A stretch of 64,000 bases of DNA from Candidatus Eiseniibacteriota bacterium. Its GTDB lineage: Bacteria; Eisenbacteria; RBG-16-71-46. A program made the position numbers and the translations under genes. The stretch spans positions 64,001 through 128,000 of the forward strand of contig CAVZLN010000008.1 in assembly GCA_963776245.1 (NCBI GenBank). Direction: 5' to 3'. Below, piece by piece: positions 20,684-33,805 of the stretch (positions are counted from its first letter, which is position 1; each line of letters begins with the position of its first letter). The notes beneath the pieces are model-generated. The model had not been told where the DNA came from. It ran no database searches and worked only from the letters and a program-made list of their open reading frames with translations.

Positions 20684-23236
20684 GTGCGTCTGTTCTCCCG
20701 CCTTGCCCCCGCCCTGATGGTGCTCCTCGCGGCCACCGCCGCGCGCGCCGCGAGCATCCCGTCCCCGAGCGAGTATCTGAAGATCGCGGTCGGCGCCGAC
20801 CGCGTGGTGGCGGACTATCGCCAGATCCGCGCCTACTTCACCGAGCTCGACCGGCGCTCGCCGCGCGTCCAGGTGGAGGTCCTCGGCCGGACCACGCTGG
20901 GCGAGGACATGATCATGGCCGTGATCTCCTCGGCGGACAACCTCGCGCGCCTGCCCCGGCTCCAGTCGATAGCCCGCCGGCTCAGCGATCCGCGCGGGCT
21001 CTCGGAGGCGGGGCTCGACTCGCTGGCGCGCGAGGGGCGCGCGTTCGTGCTGGTCACGTGCAACATCCACTCGACCGAGATCGGGGCCTCGCAGATGGCG
21101 ATGGAATGGGCCCACGCGCTCGCCACCGCGGACGACCCCGAGACACTGCGGCGGCTCGACCAGGTGGTGCTGCTGCTGGTGCCGTCGCTCAATCCCGATG
21201 GCCAGATCATGGAGTGCGAGTGGTATCGGAAGTACCTCGGCACCCGCTACGAGGGCGGGCGCATGCCGTGGCTCTACCACCCGTACACCGGGCACGACGA
21301 CAACCGCGACTGGTTCATGCTCACACAGAAGGAGTCCCAGGCGATGTCGCGCGCGGTCTATCGCGAGTGGTTCCCGCAGGTGTGGCTCGACGAGCACCAG
21401 ATGGGGGGCACCGGGCCGCGCATCTTCATGCCGCCCTACTCCGAGCCGGTGGCCCCCGAGATCCATCCGCTGATCTGGCGCGAGGTCAACCTGATCGGCG
21501 GGCAGATGGCGCTGCGGCTCGAGCAGGCGCGCAAGTCGGGGGTGATCTACGGCTACGCGTTCGACGCCTACTGGCCGGGCGGCACCAAGAACACCGCCTG
21601 GTTCAAGAACATCTCGGGGCTGCTCACCGAGGTGGCCTCGGCACGGCTGGCCACCCCGGTGTACATCGATCCGACCGAGCTGAGCGGGGGGCGCAAGGGA
21701 CTGGTGGACTACGAGGCCCAGACCAACTTCCCCCATCCGTGGCCGGGCGGCTGGTGGCGGCTGCGCGACATCATGGATTACGAGCGCATCGCCTCGGACG
21801 CGCTGCTCGAGGAGTGCGCGGACCGCCGCGAGGACGTGCTGCGGGACATGGCGGAGCGGGCGCGGGCGTCGATCGCGGCCGCGGCGCCGGGCGAGGCGTA
21901 CCGGATCCCGTGCCGCCAGCGCGACTGGCCCACCGCGCTCAAGCTCGTCGCGCTGCTCGAGGAGCATGGGGTCGAGGTCGCCAGCGGTCCCGGAGGGGAC
22001 GCCTGGGTCCCGCTGGCGCAGCCCTACGGCGCGTTCGTGCGGGAGATGCTCGAGACCCAGCGCTATCCCGAGGTGAAGCTGGTCCCGGGGAAGGACATCG
22101 TGCGTCCGTACGATGTCGCGGCGTGGTCGCTGCCGCTCATGATGGGGGTGACGGTCGAGCACGGCACGATGCCGGCGGGAACCCGCCCGTGGTCCGGGGC
22201 CGCGCCCCGGCCCTCGGGCCCCGCGCGCGAGAGCGCCGGCCCGGGGGTGTGGGCGCTGGCACCCGGCGTGGAGTCGGCGCGCGCGCTCAATGCCGCGCTG
22301 CGCGCCGGCGGCCGCGTGAGCCTGGCGCGTGAAGTGGCGACGATCGAGGGCGCCGCGTGGCCCGCGGGCACCGCGTTCCTCGACCGGACCGCGTTCGCGG
22401 CCGCGAGCCAGGCGCTCGCGCCGGGCGTCGAGCTGGTGGGCTGCCCCGCCGTTCCCGCCGGGGCCACCCCGCTCGCCGCGCCGCGCGTCGGACTGTACAA
22501 GCCCTGGGCCGCCTCGACCGACGAGGGCTGGACCCGCTTCGTGCTCGAGCAGTATGGCTTCGCCCCCACTTCGCTCGACAATGCCGCGGTGAAGAAGGGT
22601 GGATTGGGGGCGCGGTTCGACGTCATCGTGCTGCCCGACGTGGCGAAGGAGATCATCGCCACCGGACGGCCGAAGCGCGAGGACGGGGCGATGGCGTACT
22701 TCGCCGAACTGCCGCCCGAGTACACCGGTGGGCTCGACGCGGACGGCGCGGGGGCCCTGAAGGCGTTCGTCGAGGGCGGCGGCACGCTGGTGGCGCTCGC
22801 CGGCTCGTGCGAGTACCTGATCGAGCAGTTCAACATCCCGGTGGTCAACACGCTGGCGCGGGCCAAGCCCGACGAGTTCGCCTGCCCCGGCTCGCTGCTG
22901 CGCGCGGAGGTGCGACCCGGTCACCCGGTGACGTTCGGTCTGCCGTCCGAGCTGGCGCTGTTCGTGGACCGGCCGCTCGCGTTCGAGACCGCGCCTCCCG
23001 CCCCGGAGGTCCAGCGCTGGGTGCTCGCCACCTACCCCGAGGACCCGCGCCGGGTGCTCCTGTCGGGGTGGATCTTCGGTGAAGAGCGTCTCGGCCGACG
23101 CGCGGCGGCGGTGGCGCTGACCTGCGGGCAGGGGCGGCTCGTGCTGCTCGGGTTCCGCGCCCAGCACCGCGCGCAGACCGATGCCACTTTCCCGTTCCTG
23201 TTCAACGCGCTCTACTGGTCGGTGACGAAGGACTAG
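20684..23236 (+). CDS. Secreted M14 zinc carboxypeptidase with C-terminal GATase1-like domain
   Basis: GTG start with GGAGG; NIHSTE, DDNRD, LDEHQM zinc/substrate motifs; C-terminal FVEGGGTLV. Confidence 0.88.
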   Translation: MRLFSRLAPALMVLLAATAARAASIPSPSEYLKIAVGADRVVADYRQIRAYFTELDRRSPRVQVEVLGRTTLGEDMIMAVISSADNLARLPRLQSIARRLSDPRGLSEAGLDSLAREGRAFVLVTCNIHSTEIGASQMAMEWAHALATADDPETLRRLDQVVLLLVPSLNPDGQIMECEWYRKYLGTRYEGGRMPWLYHPYTGHDDNRDWFMLTQKESQAMSRAVYREWFPQVWLDEHQMGGTGPRIFMPPYSEPVAPEIHPLIWREVNLIGGQMALRLEQARKSGVIYGYAFDAYWPGGTKNTAWFKNISGLLTEVASARLATPVYIDPTELSGGRKGLVDYEAQTNFPHPWPGGWWRLRDIMDYERIASDALLEECADRREDVLRDMAERARASIAAAAPGEAYRIPCRQRDWPTALKLVALLEEHGVEVASGPGGDAWVPLAQPYGAFVREMLETQRYPEVKLVPGKDIVRPYDVAAWSLPLMMGVTVEHGTMPAGTRPWSGAAPRPSGPARESAGPGVWALAPGVESARALNAALRAGGRVSLAREVATIEGAAWPAGTAFLDRTAFAAASQALAPGVELVGCPAVPAGATPLAAPRVGLYKPWAASTDEGWTRFVLEQYGFAPTSLDNAAVKKGGLGARFDVIVLPDVAKEIIATGRPKREDGAMAYFAELPPEYTGGLDADGAGALKAFVEGGGTLVALAGSCEYLIEQFNIPVVNTLARAKPDEFACPGSLLRAEVRPGHPVTFGLPSELALFVDRPLAFETAPPAPEVQRWVLATYPEDPRRVLLSGWIFGEERLGRRAAAVALTCGQGRLVLLGFRAQHRAQTDATFPFLFNALYWSVTKD

Positions 23237-23249
23237 CTCCGCCCGCCGT

Positions 23250-26200
23250 TCACGCGTCGGCCAGCAGGTACTCCAGGTCGTCGCGCGGTCGAGCGCGCGG
23301 GCGAAGCCGTCCTCGCCGAGCACGTCGCGCACGAGCGCGGCCTTGCGCTGCTGCAGCTCCCAGATGCGCTCCTCGATCGTGCCCTCGGCGTGAGCAGCCG
23401 GTAGGCGATCACGGTGCGGTCCTGGCCGATGCGGTGCGTGCGGTCGATGGCCTGCGCCTCGACCGCCGGGTTCCACCACGGATCGAACAGCACCACGTAG
23501 CTCGCGGCGGTCAGGTTGAGGCCCGGTGCCGCCGGCCTTGAGCGAGACCAGGAACACGCACGGCGCCGGGATCGTCCTGGAACGCGCGCGACCACCTGCT
23601 CGCGCTTGCACGGTGCTGCGCCGGTGAGCATGTGGTAGGGCGACGCCGCGCTCGTCCATGCGCGGCCGCGAGCAGCTTCAGGCACTCGCACGAACTGCGA
23701 GAACACCAGCACCTTGTGGCCCTCGGCGAGCAGCGGCTCGAGCAGCTCGAACAGCGCGTCGAACTTGCCCGAGCCGAGCCCCGCGCGCGCCGCCCGCGAG
23801 CGCCGGATGGCAGCAGATCTGCCGCAGCCGCGTGAGCGCCGCGAGGATGGTGATCTGGTTGCGCGCGACGCCCGTCGGGCTCCGCCGCCGAGCGCGCCGA
23901 GCAGCGCGCGGCTGCGCTGCAGCTCGGCCAGGTAGAGCTGGCGCTGGCCGCGCGGTCAGCTCGCAGTCGCGGCGCTCCTCGATGCGCTCGGCAGATCCGG
24001 CGCCGACCTCGCCGCTTGAGGCGCCGCAGCAGCACCGGCCGCAGCCGGGCGGCGAGCAGCGCGCGCACGTGCGGCGGCGCGTCCGGCGCGGTCGAAGCGC
24101 TGCGACGAAGCGCGCGCGCGGCTCCCGAGGTAGCCGGGATTGACGAACGCGCATGATGCTCCACAGGTCGAGCGCGCGGTTCTCGAGCGGCGTGCCGGTG
24201 AGCGCCAGCCGGTGGCGCGCGCGCAGCTCGCAGCGCGGCGCGCGCCACCGCGGCGTCGGGGTTCTTGATGTTCTGCGCCTCGTCAGGATCACGGCCGCGC
24301 GCAGCTCGGCCTCGCTTCCAGTGCTCGAGGTCGCGCCGCAGCAGCGCGTAGTTGGTGACCACCAGGTCGTGCTCCGTCCACGTCGCGCCGCCGCGCGTGC
24401 CGCTCGCTCGCCGCTGCTCGAGCACCAGCACGCGCAGGCCGGGCGCGAAGCGCGCCGCCTCGCGCGCCCAGTTGTGCACGCACCGAGGCCGGGCACACCA
24501 CCAGGCACGGCCCGCCGCCCGGGCTCGCGCGGCGCGCAGGTGCCGCGAGCCAGGCCAGCGCCTGCACGGTCTTGCCGAGCCCCATGTCGTCGGCCAGCAC
24601 CGCGCCGAGCCCGAGCGACGAGGTGAAGGCGAGGAAGTCGAGCCCCCGCTGCTGGTAGGGCCGCAGCGTCGCCCACGAACCCCTCGGGCACCGGGCACGT
24701 GCGGCACACCCGCGAACGCCTCCACCGCCCCGCGCAGACGCTGGAGCGCCTCCACCGCGCCGGGGCCCGCGCCCAGGCGCTCGAGCTCGGCGAGGCTCTC
24801 GGGCCGCGCGTGCGCCAGCTGCCACAGGGTCAGGCGCTGCTCGCCCGCGTGCGGCTCGATCCCGAGGTCGGCGAGCACGGCGGCGGTGCGATCGTGCTGC
24901 TCGAGGGCATCGCGGCGCGACCCAGCCCGAGGCGAGCTTCACCCAGCGCGTGTCCGCGCCGCGCAGGCGCGCGAGGTCCTCGTCGCTCAGCGTCGCCGAC
25001 TCGGACTCCCACTCGAGCGCGACCGTCAGCCAGTCGATCCCGCTCGACCGCACGCTCACCCGCGGGCCGCGCACGGGGGTGGTCCCGAGCAACCGTCTCA
25101 CCTCGGCGTCGCCGAACCATCCCACTCCCGCCGGGCGACCTTCCCACGCCTCCGCGAGAGCCTCGACCGTGCGCGGCCCGAGCCGCACCCACCAGCCGAC
25201 GCGCGCGTCGGCCGCCGCCGTCGCGTGGCCGCCGGGACCGCGCTTCGCACCCGGCCGCGCCTGGGTCGCCGCGAGCCACTCCAGCACCGGCGCCACGCGC
25301 TCGGGATCCGGAGCCTCGAGCCACACCTCGGTCGCCGGGGGCGGCGGCATCGCTTCCATCCTGTCGGCGGCGGTGACCTCGTCCGCGGGATCACTCGGCG
25401 CGGCGCCCTGCGCCGCGGCGGGCTCGACCGCGGGATCCGCTCCGGCGATCGCCTCGAGGGGGCTACGGCCGGAGCGCGCGAGTGCCGCCGACCACCGCTC
25501 CCAGCGGCGCTCGGGCGCATACTCGTAGAGCACCGCCGGGGGCGCCAGCGGTTCGCCCGGTCGCCATGCCGCGCCTGCGGTGTGGGCCAGTACGCGGATC
25601 TGGAGCCAGTCGTCTCCCCGCAGGCGCAGCGTCACCGCGGGCGTGACGGGATGGTGGAGCGTGTGCGGGAGGAGGCTCGCGCGCACGCTCGGGAAACCCT
25701 CGGCGAGCACGGCGAGCAGATCGCCGCTCGCGGCGCCGCGCACCGGGACCGGCCCGTGGTCGCGGAACGAGCCGATCAGGTCCAGCGACGGTTCCTCGAC
25801 CAGCTCGTGGAGCGCCCCGTCCGCCAGCACCAGCCCGCAGGTGGGCTCGCCGTGGGCATCGATCGCCCGCACGTAGAGCGCGTCCGAGAGAGAACGCGCG
25901 CTCCCATCGGGCCACACCAGCCGCAATTCGAGCCGCGGCTCGCCCGCGCCGGCGACGCAAGCGGGCAGCAGTCGCAGGGGCAGCGGGCCGATCCGCACCG
26001 GGGCGCCCGGCACGAGGCCGGTGTGGCGGGCGAGATCGCTCGGCAGGCCCGGGTCCCAGACCACGTCCGGGCTCTCGCCCACCCGATGCAGCAGCCGCGC
26101 GATCGCGCGGTTCGACCAGACCACGGGCCGGGTCCCCACCTGAGGGGTCTCATCCACTCGCCCGGCCTCGATCAGCGCGTCGAGCACCGCCGCCTGGGCT

Positions 26201-27156
26201 CCCTCGAGCAGGCCCGGCTGGCGGCGCGCCGCGGCGTGGAGCTGGAGCAGCTGGTGGCCGGTGCGCGGCTGGTCGTGGACCCGCGGCGAGGACACGAACA
26301 CCATCACCGTGATCCCCGGCTCCCTGAACGTGTGGGCGACCCCGAGCACCACGCGCAGTCGGCGCGACGGGATCTCGACCCGGCGTTGCGCCCACTCGCG
26401 CAATTCGTGCTCGACGCGCGGCAGCGCGCGCTCGCGATCCCAGTCGGCGAGGTCGGGGCGGTCGCGCCACGGCTCGAGCGCGCCGGGCAGCCAGCCCTCC
26501 GCGAGCAGCGGCAGCTCGCGCGCGAGCCGCCAGCACCTCAGGTCGGCGTCTTCCTCGGCGAGCACCGCCGGGAAGGGCGCCACCGACAGGTCGAGATCGA
26601 GATCGGGCCGCTCGTCGAGCAGTCGTTGGAGCGCCAGTGTGCGTCCCCACAGGGAGGGCGCGGTGCGCAGGTCCTCCACGTCGGCCGCGGCCGGACGGCG
26701 CGGTGGCGCCGCGGCGGACGCGCGCCGGACGCGGGACGATGCCGCTGACGGTCCACGGCGCCGGCGGGTCACTTCCCCGATGCCCGGGATCGCGGCCGGC
26801 CCGCCGCGCGGCGGCGGGATGTGAGCGGGCAGCAGACGCGCGAACCGCCGGTCGCTGAACCCCGCCTCCCCGCGCGCGCGATCGAGCAGACAGCACGCGA
26901 GGGCGTAGGCGTGCTTGCAGTAGGGCCCCACCGGACAGGTGCAGTCGGGCAGCCACAACTGCCCGTCCCACTCCCACGACACCTCGTAGTCCGAGGTGCC
27001 GCGCACCACCGCCGCGACCTGGTCATCGAGGATCTGAAGGGGCCCCACGCGGCCTTCCCCCGCGTACCCGATGCCGCGCTCCCGGATGTGGCGCGGGAAC
27101 GAGGTCAGGTCGTCAGCCAGCGATCTCCAGAGATGCGGGGGCAGCCCGGCGCGCAC
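23250..27156 (-). CDS. SWIM zinc-finger SNF2/RapA-family helicase (many indels 23.3-24.9 kb)
   Basis: [11 protein letters not shown] (SWIM); [71 protein letters not shown]. Confidence 0.88.
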
Positions 27157-27299
27157 TTCGTCCTCCTCCGATGATGAGAGCGGGGGGGCATTCTGGGGGC
27201 GCGCGCGCCGCAGGGCAAGTCTGGGACGGCTGATGGTCCCGGATGCCCCGACCCACCTCTGTCTCCTTCATGAGACATGGGGATAGAGAACAGAAAGCC

Positions 27300-27327
27300 T
27301 TGCTTCCGGCAAGAACGACGCTATGCT
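27300..27327 (+). promoter_or_regulatory. Putative sigma70 promoter
   Basis: TTGCTT-16 nt-TATGCT in a locally AT-richer intergenic region. Confidence 0.4.
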
Positions 27328-27332
27328 CTTGG

Positions 27333-27476
27333 CGGTCGCACCTACGCAGTATCCGCCCCCCGCGGAATGTCGGGTGTGTGTCACCTCTGAAATGCTCCTC
27401 GGCCGCGGGGGACGTGAGTGCATCTGCGTTGGATCGCGCTGAGCCCCTCAGCGTCGTGATCCGGAAAGGTAGACCG
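27333..27476 (+). ncRNA. Candidate structured leader RNA (three-way junction)
   Basis: Nested stems: cggtc..acct/aggt.gaccg; acgcag/ctgcgt; cccccgcgg/ccgcggggg; ggatc..cgctgag/ctcagcg..gatcc. Confidence 0.45.
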
Positions 27477-27556
27477 ACGGCACCCACCGCTACTTCATCC
27501 TCTCTTCGACGATTCCGATCGAGCCCCTAGCCATCTTCTTGAGAGGAGATGCCACC

Positions 27557-28286
27557 ATGAAGCACGTTTCCGTCGCCGCTCTCTTCGCCATCGTCATGAC
27601 CCTGCCGACCGCCGTGTCGGCCGACCCGGTCCCAGGCATGTACACCTCCGCTCTGCGTCCCGGCGCCCATCCCGGAGTGCAGCTCGGGCACATGTCGGTC
27701 TCGCGCCAGTTCCCGAACTCGGGGAACCCGAAGATCTTCCACGGCCAGTCGTGGAACGGCTCGGTCCTCGGCGCGCAGTGGGAGTTCCGCTGCGGAGTCG
27801 AGACCGCGAGCGTTCCGCCGGTCTTCGGCCCGGGGTACGATTTCGGCACCAACACCGGCTACGTCACCTACAACCAGACCTTCGATGGCGGGACGTTCTC
27901 GCTCTATGCCGATCCGGCGGTGGGCTGGGGCTCGGGCAACGGGACGCTGAACACGACCTCGGTCGCCACCCAGGTCTACCTGATGAACGGCATTCCGCTC
28001 TCCGCCAGTTTCACCGGCGTGACGACCGGCCACTTCGACATCGGCTGCACGCATGACCTTCGCGATGGGGAATGGCTTCGGGGCCGGGGAGACGAGCGAC
28101 CCGCCCTATCTCACCAAGCCGGCCACCTATCCCATCTTCCTCGCCGCGGACTGCTCGCCGGCGGACGCGCTCCACCAGTTCGGGGCGTGGGGCGACGTCA
28201 ATGACATCATCATCAACATCAACGCCGACTGCGCCACGCCCGTCGGGAAGTCCACCTGGGGAGCCCTCAAGACGCTCTATCGGTGA
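27557..28286 (+). CDS. Secreted hypothetical protein with C-terminal STWGALKTLYR tail (indel ~28050)
   Basis: AGGAG RBS, signal peptide MKHVSVAALFAIV..VSA, beta-rich body, tail ATPVGKSTWGALKTLYR*. Confidence 0.8.
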
Positions 28287-28309
28287 GCCGCTGATCCGTT
28301 CGTGACCGG

Positions 28310-28341
28310 CGCGGCACGCGGGACGCCCCGCGTGCCGCGTT
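28310..28341 (+). terminator. Hairpin terminator
   Basis: cgcggcacgcggg-acgc-cccgcgtgccgcg 13-bp perfect stem after the stop codon. Confidence 0.6.
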
Positions 28342-28456
28342 CGCGTCCGGCCCAAGGTCCGCGGTGCCCGGATCGCGAACCCGCGCGCGACGCAGGCCCC
28401 GCGCCGGCGCGCCCCGGGTGGACAAACCCACGCCGATGTCGTCATCTTGTCGGCCC

Positions 28457-30286
<1,830 letters not shown>

Positions 30287-30548
30287 AGGCCGGGGGCGCA
30301 GGCGCCGCCGGGTGACGCTCGCGACCGTGCGGGGACGTGCGTCCCGGCACGATTCGGCCGTTGACCGTCGATCCGGCGACTTGTAACCTCCTTGACAAGG
30401 TTGGCGCAAGCGCTACCCCCTCAGTCGGACCCTCTGGCTGGCCCGGTGCGGTTGCGTCTCCTGCGTCACGACGGTCGCCCGATCCGCAGCCACGAGTCCC
30501 CCGCACACGCGGCCGAATCCCGGCGCCAGCAAGCAGACTCTGCAACGC

Positions 30549-30564
30549 TGGCTGGATCGGTGCA
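30549..30564 (+). promoter_or_regulatory. Possible sigma54 promoter for the two-component operon
   Basis: TGGctggatcggTGCA, GG to GC spacing of 12, ~37 nt before the ATG. Confidence 0.3.
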
Positions 30565-30600
30565 GTGCCCGCCATTTCGCGGGCCCGACAGAGGGGTGCC

Positions 30601-32205
30601 ATGGCGATCCGAGCAGCGTTCGCCCCGGGGCCGCGGCCGACGGCGCCGAACCCGGGCGCAGCGCTGGCCGCGTTGGCGCTGGGGCTGCGCTTCATCGTGC
30701 TGGCCGTGATCGCGGGCTCGGGCGTGCTCCTGCTCCACAGTCCGATCTCCCGCCTGCACCTCGCGGCGGGGATCGTGGCGTCCGCCCTGCTCGGTGTCGG
30801 GCAATCCGCGCTCGCGCTTCGCCGGCCCACCCTGCCCGGGGAGCCGCTGGTGCCGGCCCAGGTGGCCGTGTGGATCTACCTGCTCCACGTCTCGGGCGGG
30901 CAGCACTCACCGCTCTTCATCGGGCTGCTGCTGGAGGTGCCGCTCTCGGGTGCGCTGCTCGGCCGGCGGGGCTGCGTTCTGGCTGCGATCGCCGCAGCCG
31001 GCGCCTACCTCGCCTACGCCGTGGCCTCCCACCGTCCCCTCGAGCTGGACGTCATTCCGTTGGTCACGGGCCTCATCGGGGTCGCGGCGCTGCTCACCTG
31101 GATGCTGCTGGAGATCCTCGAGCGCCAGCGCGCCGCCATCCTCGCGGCCCGTTCCGCGCTGTCCGTGCGCGCGGAGAGCCTGGCGACCGAGCTGCGCCTG
31201 CTCGGGGACTACCTCGGGAGCGCGCTGCTTTCGGTGGACGACATGGGCCGCCTGGCGAGCGTGAACCTGGCCGGGGCCGCGCTGCTGGGGTTCGAGGGGC
31301 AGGCGGCGATGGGCCATCCCTGGCAGGAGGTGCTCCGGCCGGATCCTCCGACTGCCGGGCGGCTGGCCCGAACGCTCGCCGAGGGCGAGACGCAGCGCGA
31401 CGTGCCGATCGTGTTCCACCGCGGCGACGGCGCGCCGGTCGCGCTGCGGGGCGACCTGTGGATGAGCCCCGCGCCCGACGGACGGCGCATGCATCTGCTC
31501 CTCGAGGCACCGCACAGAACCGACGCAGCGGACGACCCGCTCCACCGGATGGGCGAGGCCGCGGCCTGCATCGCGCACCAGTTCAAGAACTCGCTCCAGG
31601 CGCTCGGCAGTCTGGTCCATCAGGCCGAGCGGGCGGACTCCGACAGGGACTCGGCGCTGGGTGCGCAGCGGCTCCAGGTCGCGCTGCGCACCCTCGGCGA
31701 ACTCACCGACGACGTGCTCGCGGTGGCTGGCGCGGCGCGGCCATGCCGGGAGGAACTCCAGCTGACGCAGGTGGTCTCCTCGGCGCTGCTGCTCGCTCGG
31801 CCCGGGGCCGTACGCGTGACGGTGGATCCGACCACGGCAGAGCTGCGCGTCTGGGCCTCGCGCGGGCGGCTGGTGCATGCGCTCTACAACCTGATCGACA
31901 ACGCCTGCCGGGCGACACCGCCGGGAGGCGAAGTCCACGTGCACATGGAGCGGGTGGACGGGTGCGCGCACGTGGACATCGTGGACGGCGGGCCCGGGCT
32001 GCCGCCCGGGGTGGATGGATCGGGTGGGCCTGTCCCCTCGCACGAGGGGTCGGGGCTGGGCCTCGTCGCGGCCCGGCGCTTCCTCGAGTCCGGCGGGTGC
32101 GCCCTGACCTTCGCGCGTGCGCCGCACGGGGGCACGCTGTGCCGCATCACGCTACCCATCACCGCCTCGGAACCGGTCGCCAGGTCCGGGACGGTACGGG
32201 CCTGA
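30601..32205 (+). CDS. Membrane PAS-domain sensor histidine kinase (PilS/PrsK-like)
   Basis: About 5 TM helices (SGGQHSPLF), PAS-like VNLAGAALLG, H-box AHQFKNSL, NLIDNA, DGGPG, GSGLGL. Confidence 0.85.
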   Translation: MAIRAAFAPGPRPTAPNPGAALAALALGLRFIVLAVIAGSGVLLLHSPISRLHLAAGIVASALLGVGQSALALRRPTLPGEPLVPAQVAVWIYLLHVSGGQHSPLFIGLLLEVPLSGALLGRRGCVLAAIAAAGAYLAYAVASHRPLELDVIPLVTGLIGVAALLTWMLLEILERQRAAILAARSALSVRAESLATELRLLGDYLGSALLSVDDMGRLASVNLAGAALLGFEGQAAMGHPWQEVLRPDPPTAGRLARTLAEGETQRDVPIVFHRGDGAPVALRGDLWMSPAPDGRRMHLLLEAPHRTDAADDPLHRMGEAAACIAHQFKNSLQALGSLVHQAERADSDRDSALGAQRLQVALRTLGELTDDVLAVAGAARPCREELQLTQVVSSALLLARPGAVRVTVDPTTAELRVWASRGRLVHALYNLIDNACRATPPGGEVHVHMERVDGCAHVDIVDGGPGLPPGVDGSGGPVPSHEGSGLGLVAARRFLESGGCALTFARAPHGGTLCRITLPITASEPVARSGTVRA

Positions 32206-32208
32206 GCC

Positions 32209-33512
32209 ATGCGCGTGCTGGCCGCAGACGATGAGCCCGCCGTCCTGGCGGCGCTGGTCGCCGTGCTCGAGGCGGAGCACGACGTGACCTCCTGTGCCGG
32301 GGGCGCCGAGGCGCTGGCTGCGCTGCAAGCGGGGTCGTTCGACCTGGTGATCACCGATCTGCGCATGCCCGCGCCGGACGGCTTCGATCTCCTGAGGGCC
32401 GCTGTGCAGCGGACACCCCCGCCCCCGGTGGTGATCCTGACCGCGGTCGATACGGCGCGCACCGCGATGGAGGCGCTGAGACTCGGGGCGTTCGACTACC
32501 TGGTGAAGCCCGCCGAGCCGGCGGACATCCTCGCGGTGGTGTCGCGGGCCGGCGGGGGCGAGCGCGCCGGGTGCGACGATTACGGGCTCGTCGGGACATC
32601 GGCCGCGATCCGCGACGTGCGCAGACTGATCCCCCTGCTTGCGGGCAGCGGCGAAGGGCTCCTCATCCTGGGCGAGACCGGGGTCGGCAAGGACCTGCTC
32701 GCGCGCGTGCTCCACGAGCGTGGTCCGCGCTCGCAGGGTCCGTTCGTGGCCCACAACATGGCGGCGACGCCGTCGGAACTGACCGAGAGCGTCTTCTTCG
32801 GCCACGTGCGCGGGGCCTTCAGCGGGGCCACGGCGGATCACCGCGGGCTGTTCGAGGAGGCGGATGGCGGCACGCTGTTCCTCGACGAGGTGGACAGCTT
32901 CCCGCTCCACCTGCAGGCCAAGCTGCTGCGGGTGCTCGAGAGCGGCCGCTTCCAGCGCGTGGGCAGCTCGAGCGAACACCAGGTCGACGCGCGCGTGATG
33001 GCCGCGAGCGCCACGGATCTCGGCTCGCTGGTCGCCGGCAACGCCTTCCGGGCCGATCTCTACTACCGGCTGCGCCAGCTCGAGGTGGTCATGCCTCCCT
33101 TGCGGGAGCGCCGTGAGGACATTCCACTGCTCATCCGCCAGATGCTCGACGAGGTCTCCCGGGCCACCAGGAGGCCGGCGCGCATCTCACCGGCGGCCCT
33201 GGATGCCATGGTGCGCCACCCCTGGCCGGGCAATTGCCGCGAGCTTCGCAACGCCGTGCGCGGCGCGGCGCTGCTGGCGGCAGAGGGCATGATCCTCCCG
33301 TCCCACCTGCCCCGCGGGCTGCAGCCGATGGCCGCGCGGGGGCGCCCGGGTCACGCCCCACGGCGCTGGACGCGGTCGAGCGCGAGCACATCCGGCGGAT
33401 CCTCGAGCAGGTCGGAGGCAACCAGACGCTCGCCGCACGCCTGCTCGGCATCGACCGCGGCACTCTGGCGCGCAGGTTGAGGGAGCCGAGCCCGGCCGAA
33501 GACCCCCGCTGA
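32209..33512 (+). CDS. Sigma54-dependent response regulator (REC-AAA+-Fis HTH; indel ~33.34 kb)
   Basis: [46 protein letters not shown]; shifted tail [31 protein letters not shown]. Confidence 0.92.
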
Positions 33513-33565
33513 GCCGCTGCCCCGGGCGCACATCGGCCCAGGGCCCTCCCCGGCTCGAGCCGCAC

Positions 33566-33628
33566 GCGGCGCTTCGCCGCAAGGCGCGGCATTCCGCCGC
33601 GGGTCTGCGGTCCGCGTGGAATGCCGCG
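33566..33628 (+). promoter_or_regulatory. Candidate upstream activator sites (repeated GCGGC-N5-GCCGC)
   Basis: Palindromes at 33566-33580 and 33586-33600 (20-nt period) plus an inverted near-copy at 33613-33627. Confidence 0.45.
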
Positions 33629-33789
33629 TCAGAGGCGCCTCGCCAGCATCGAGTGCCTCCGGTCGTCGGCTACTCCGCGGCGGAACGACGCACAGCGTGC
33701 GCGCGGCCGGCCCCCCACCGCGTCGGGAGCCTCCGGGAATCCCTCAGCCGTTCAACCGCTTGGGCGCACCCGGGCGAGGCCGCGACGCC

Positions 33790-33805
33790 GGGCACGCTCC
33801 ATGCG
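33790..33805 (+). promoter_or_regulatory. Putative sigma54 promoter
   Basis: gGGCACgctccaTGCg, close to the TGGCAC-N5-TTGC consensus with correct spacing. Confidence 0.5.

Noticed and set aside
23250..24930. Dense frameshifts in the SNF2 gene (also in the kinase, pilT/pilU, OPT and S9 genes) read as pseudogenes or programmed frameshifts
   Set aside because: The indels cluster by region across unrelated genes while conserved motifs remain intact, which is typical of long-read consensus error. Read-level data would be needed to claim otherwise.
27380..27470. Hammerhead ribozyme or SRP RNA identity for the structured leader
   Set aside because: No CUGANGA core and no SRP helix-8 consensus.
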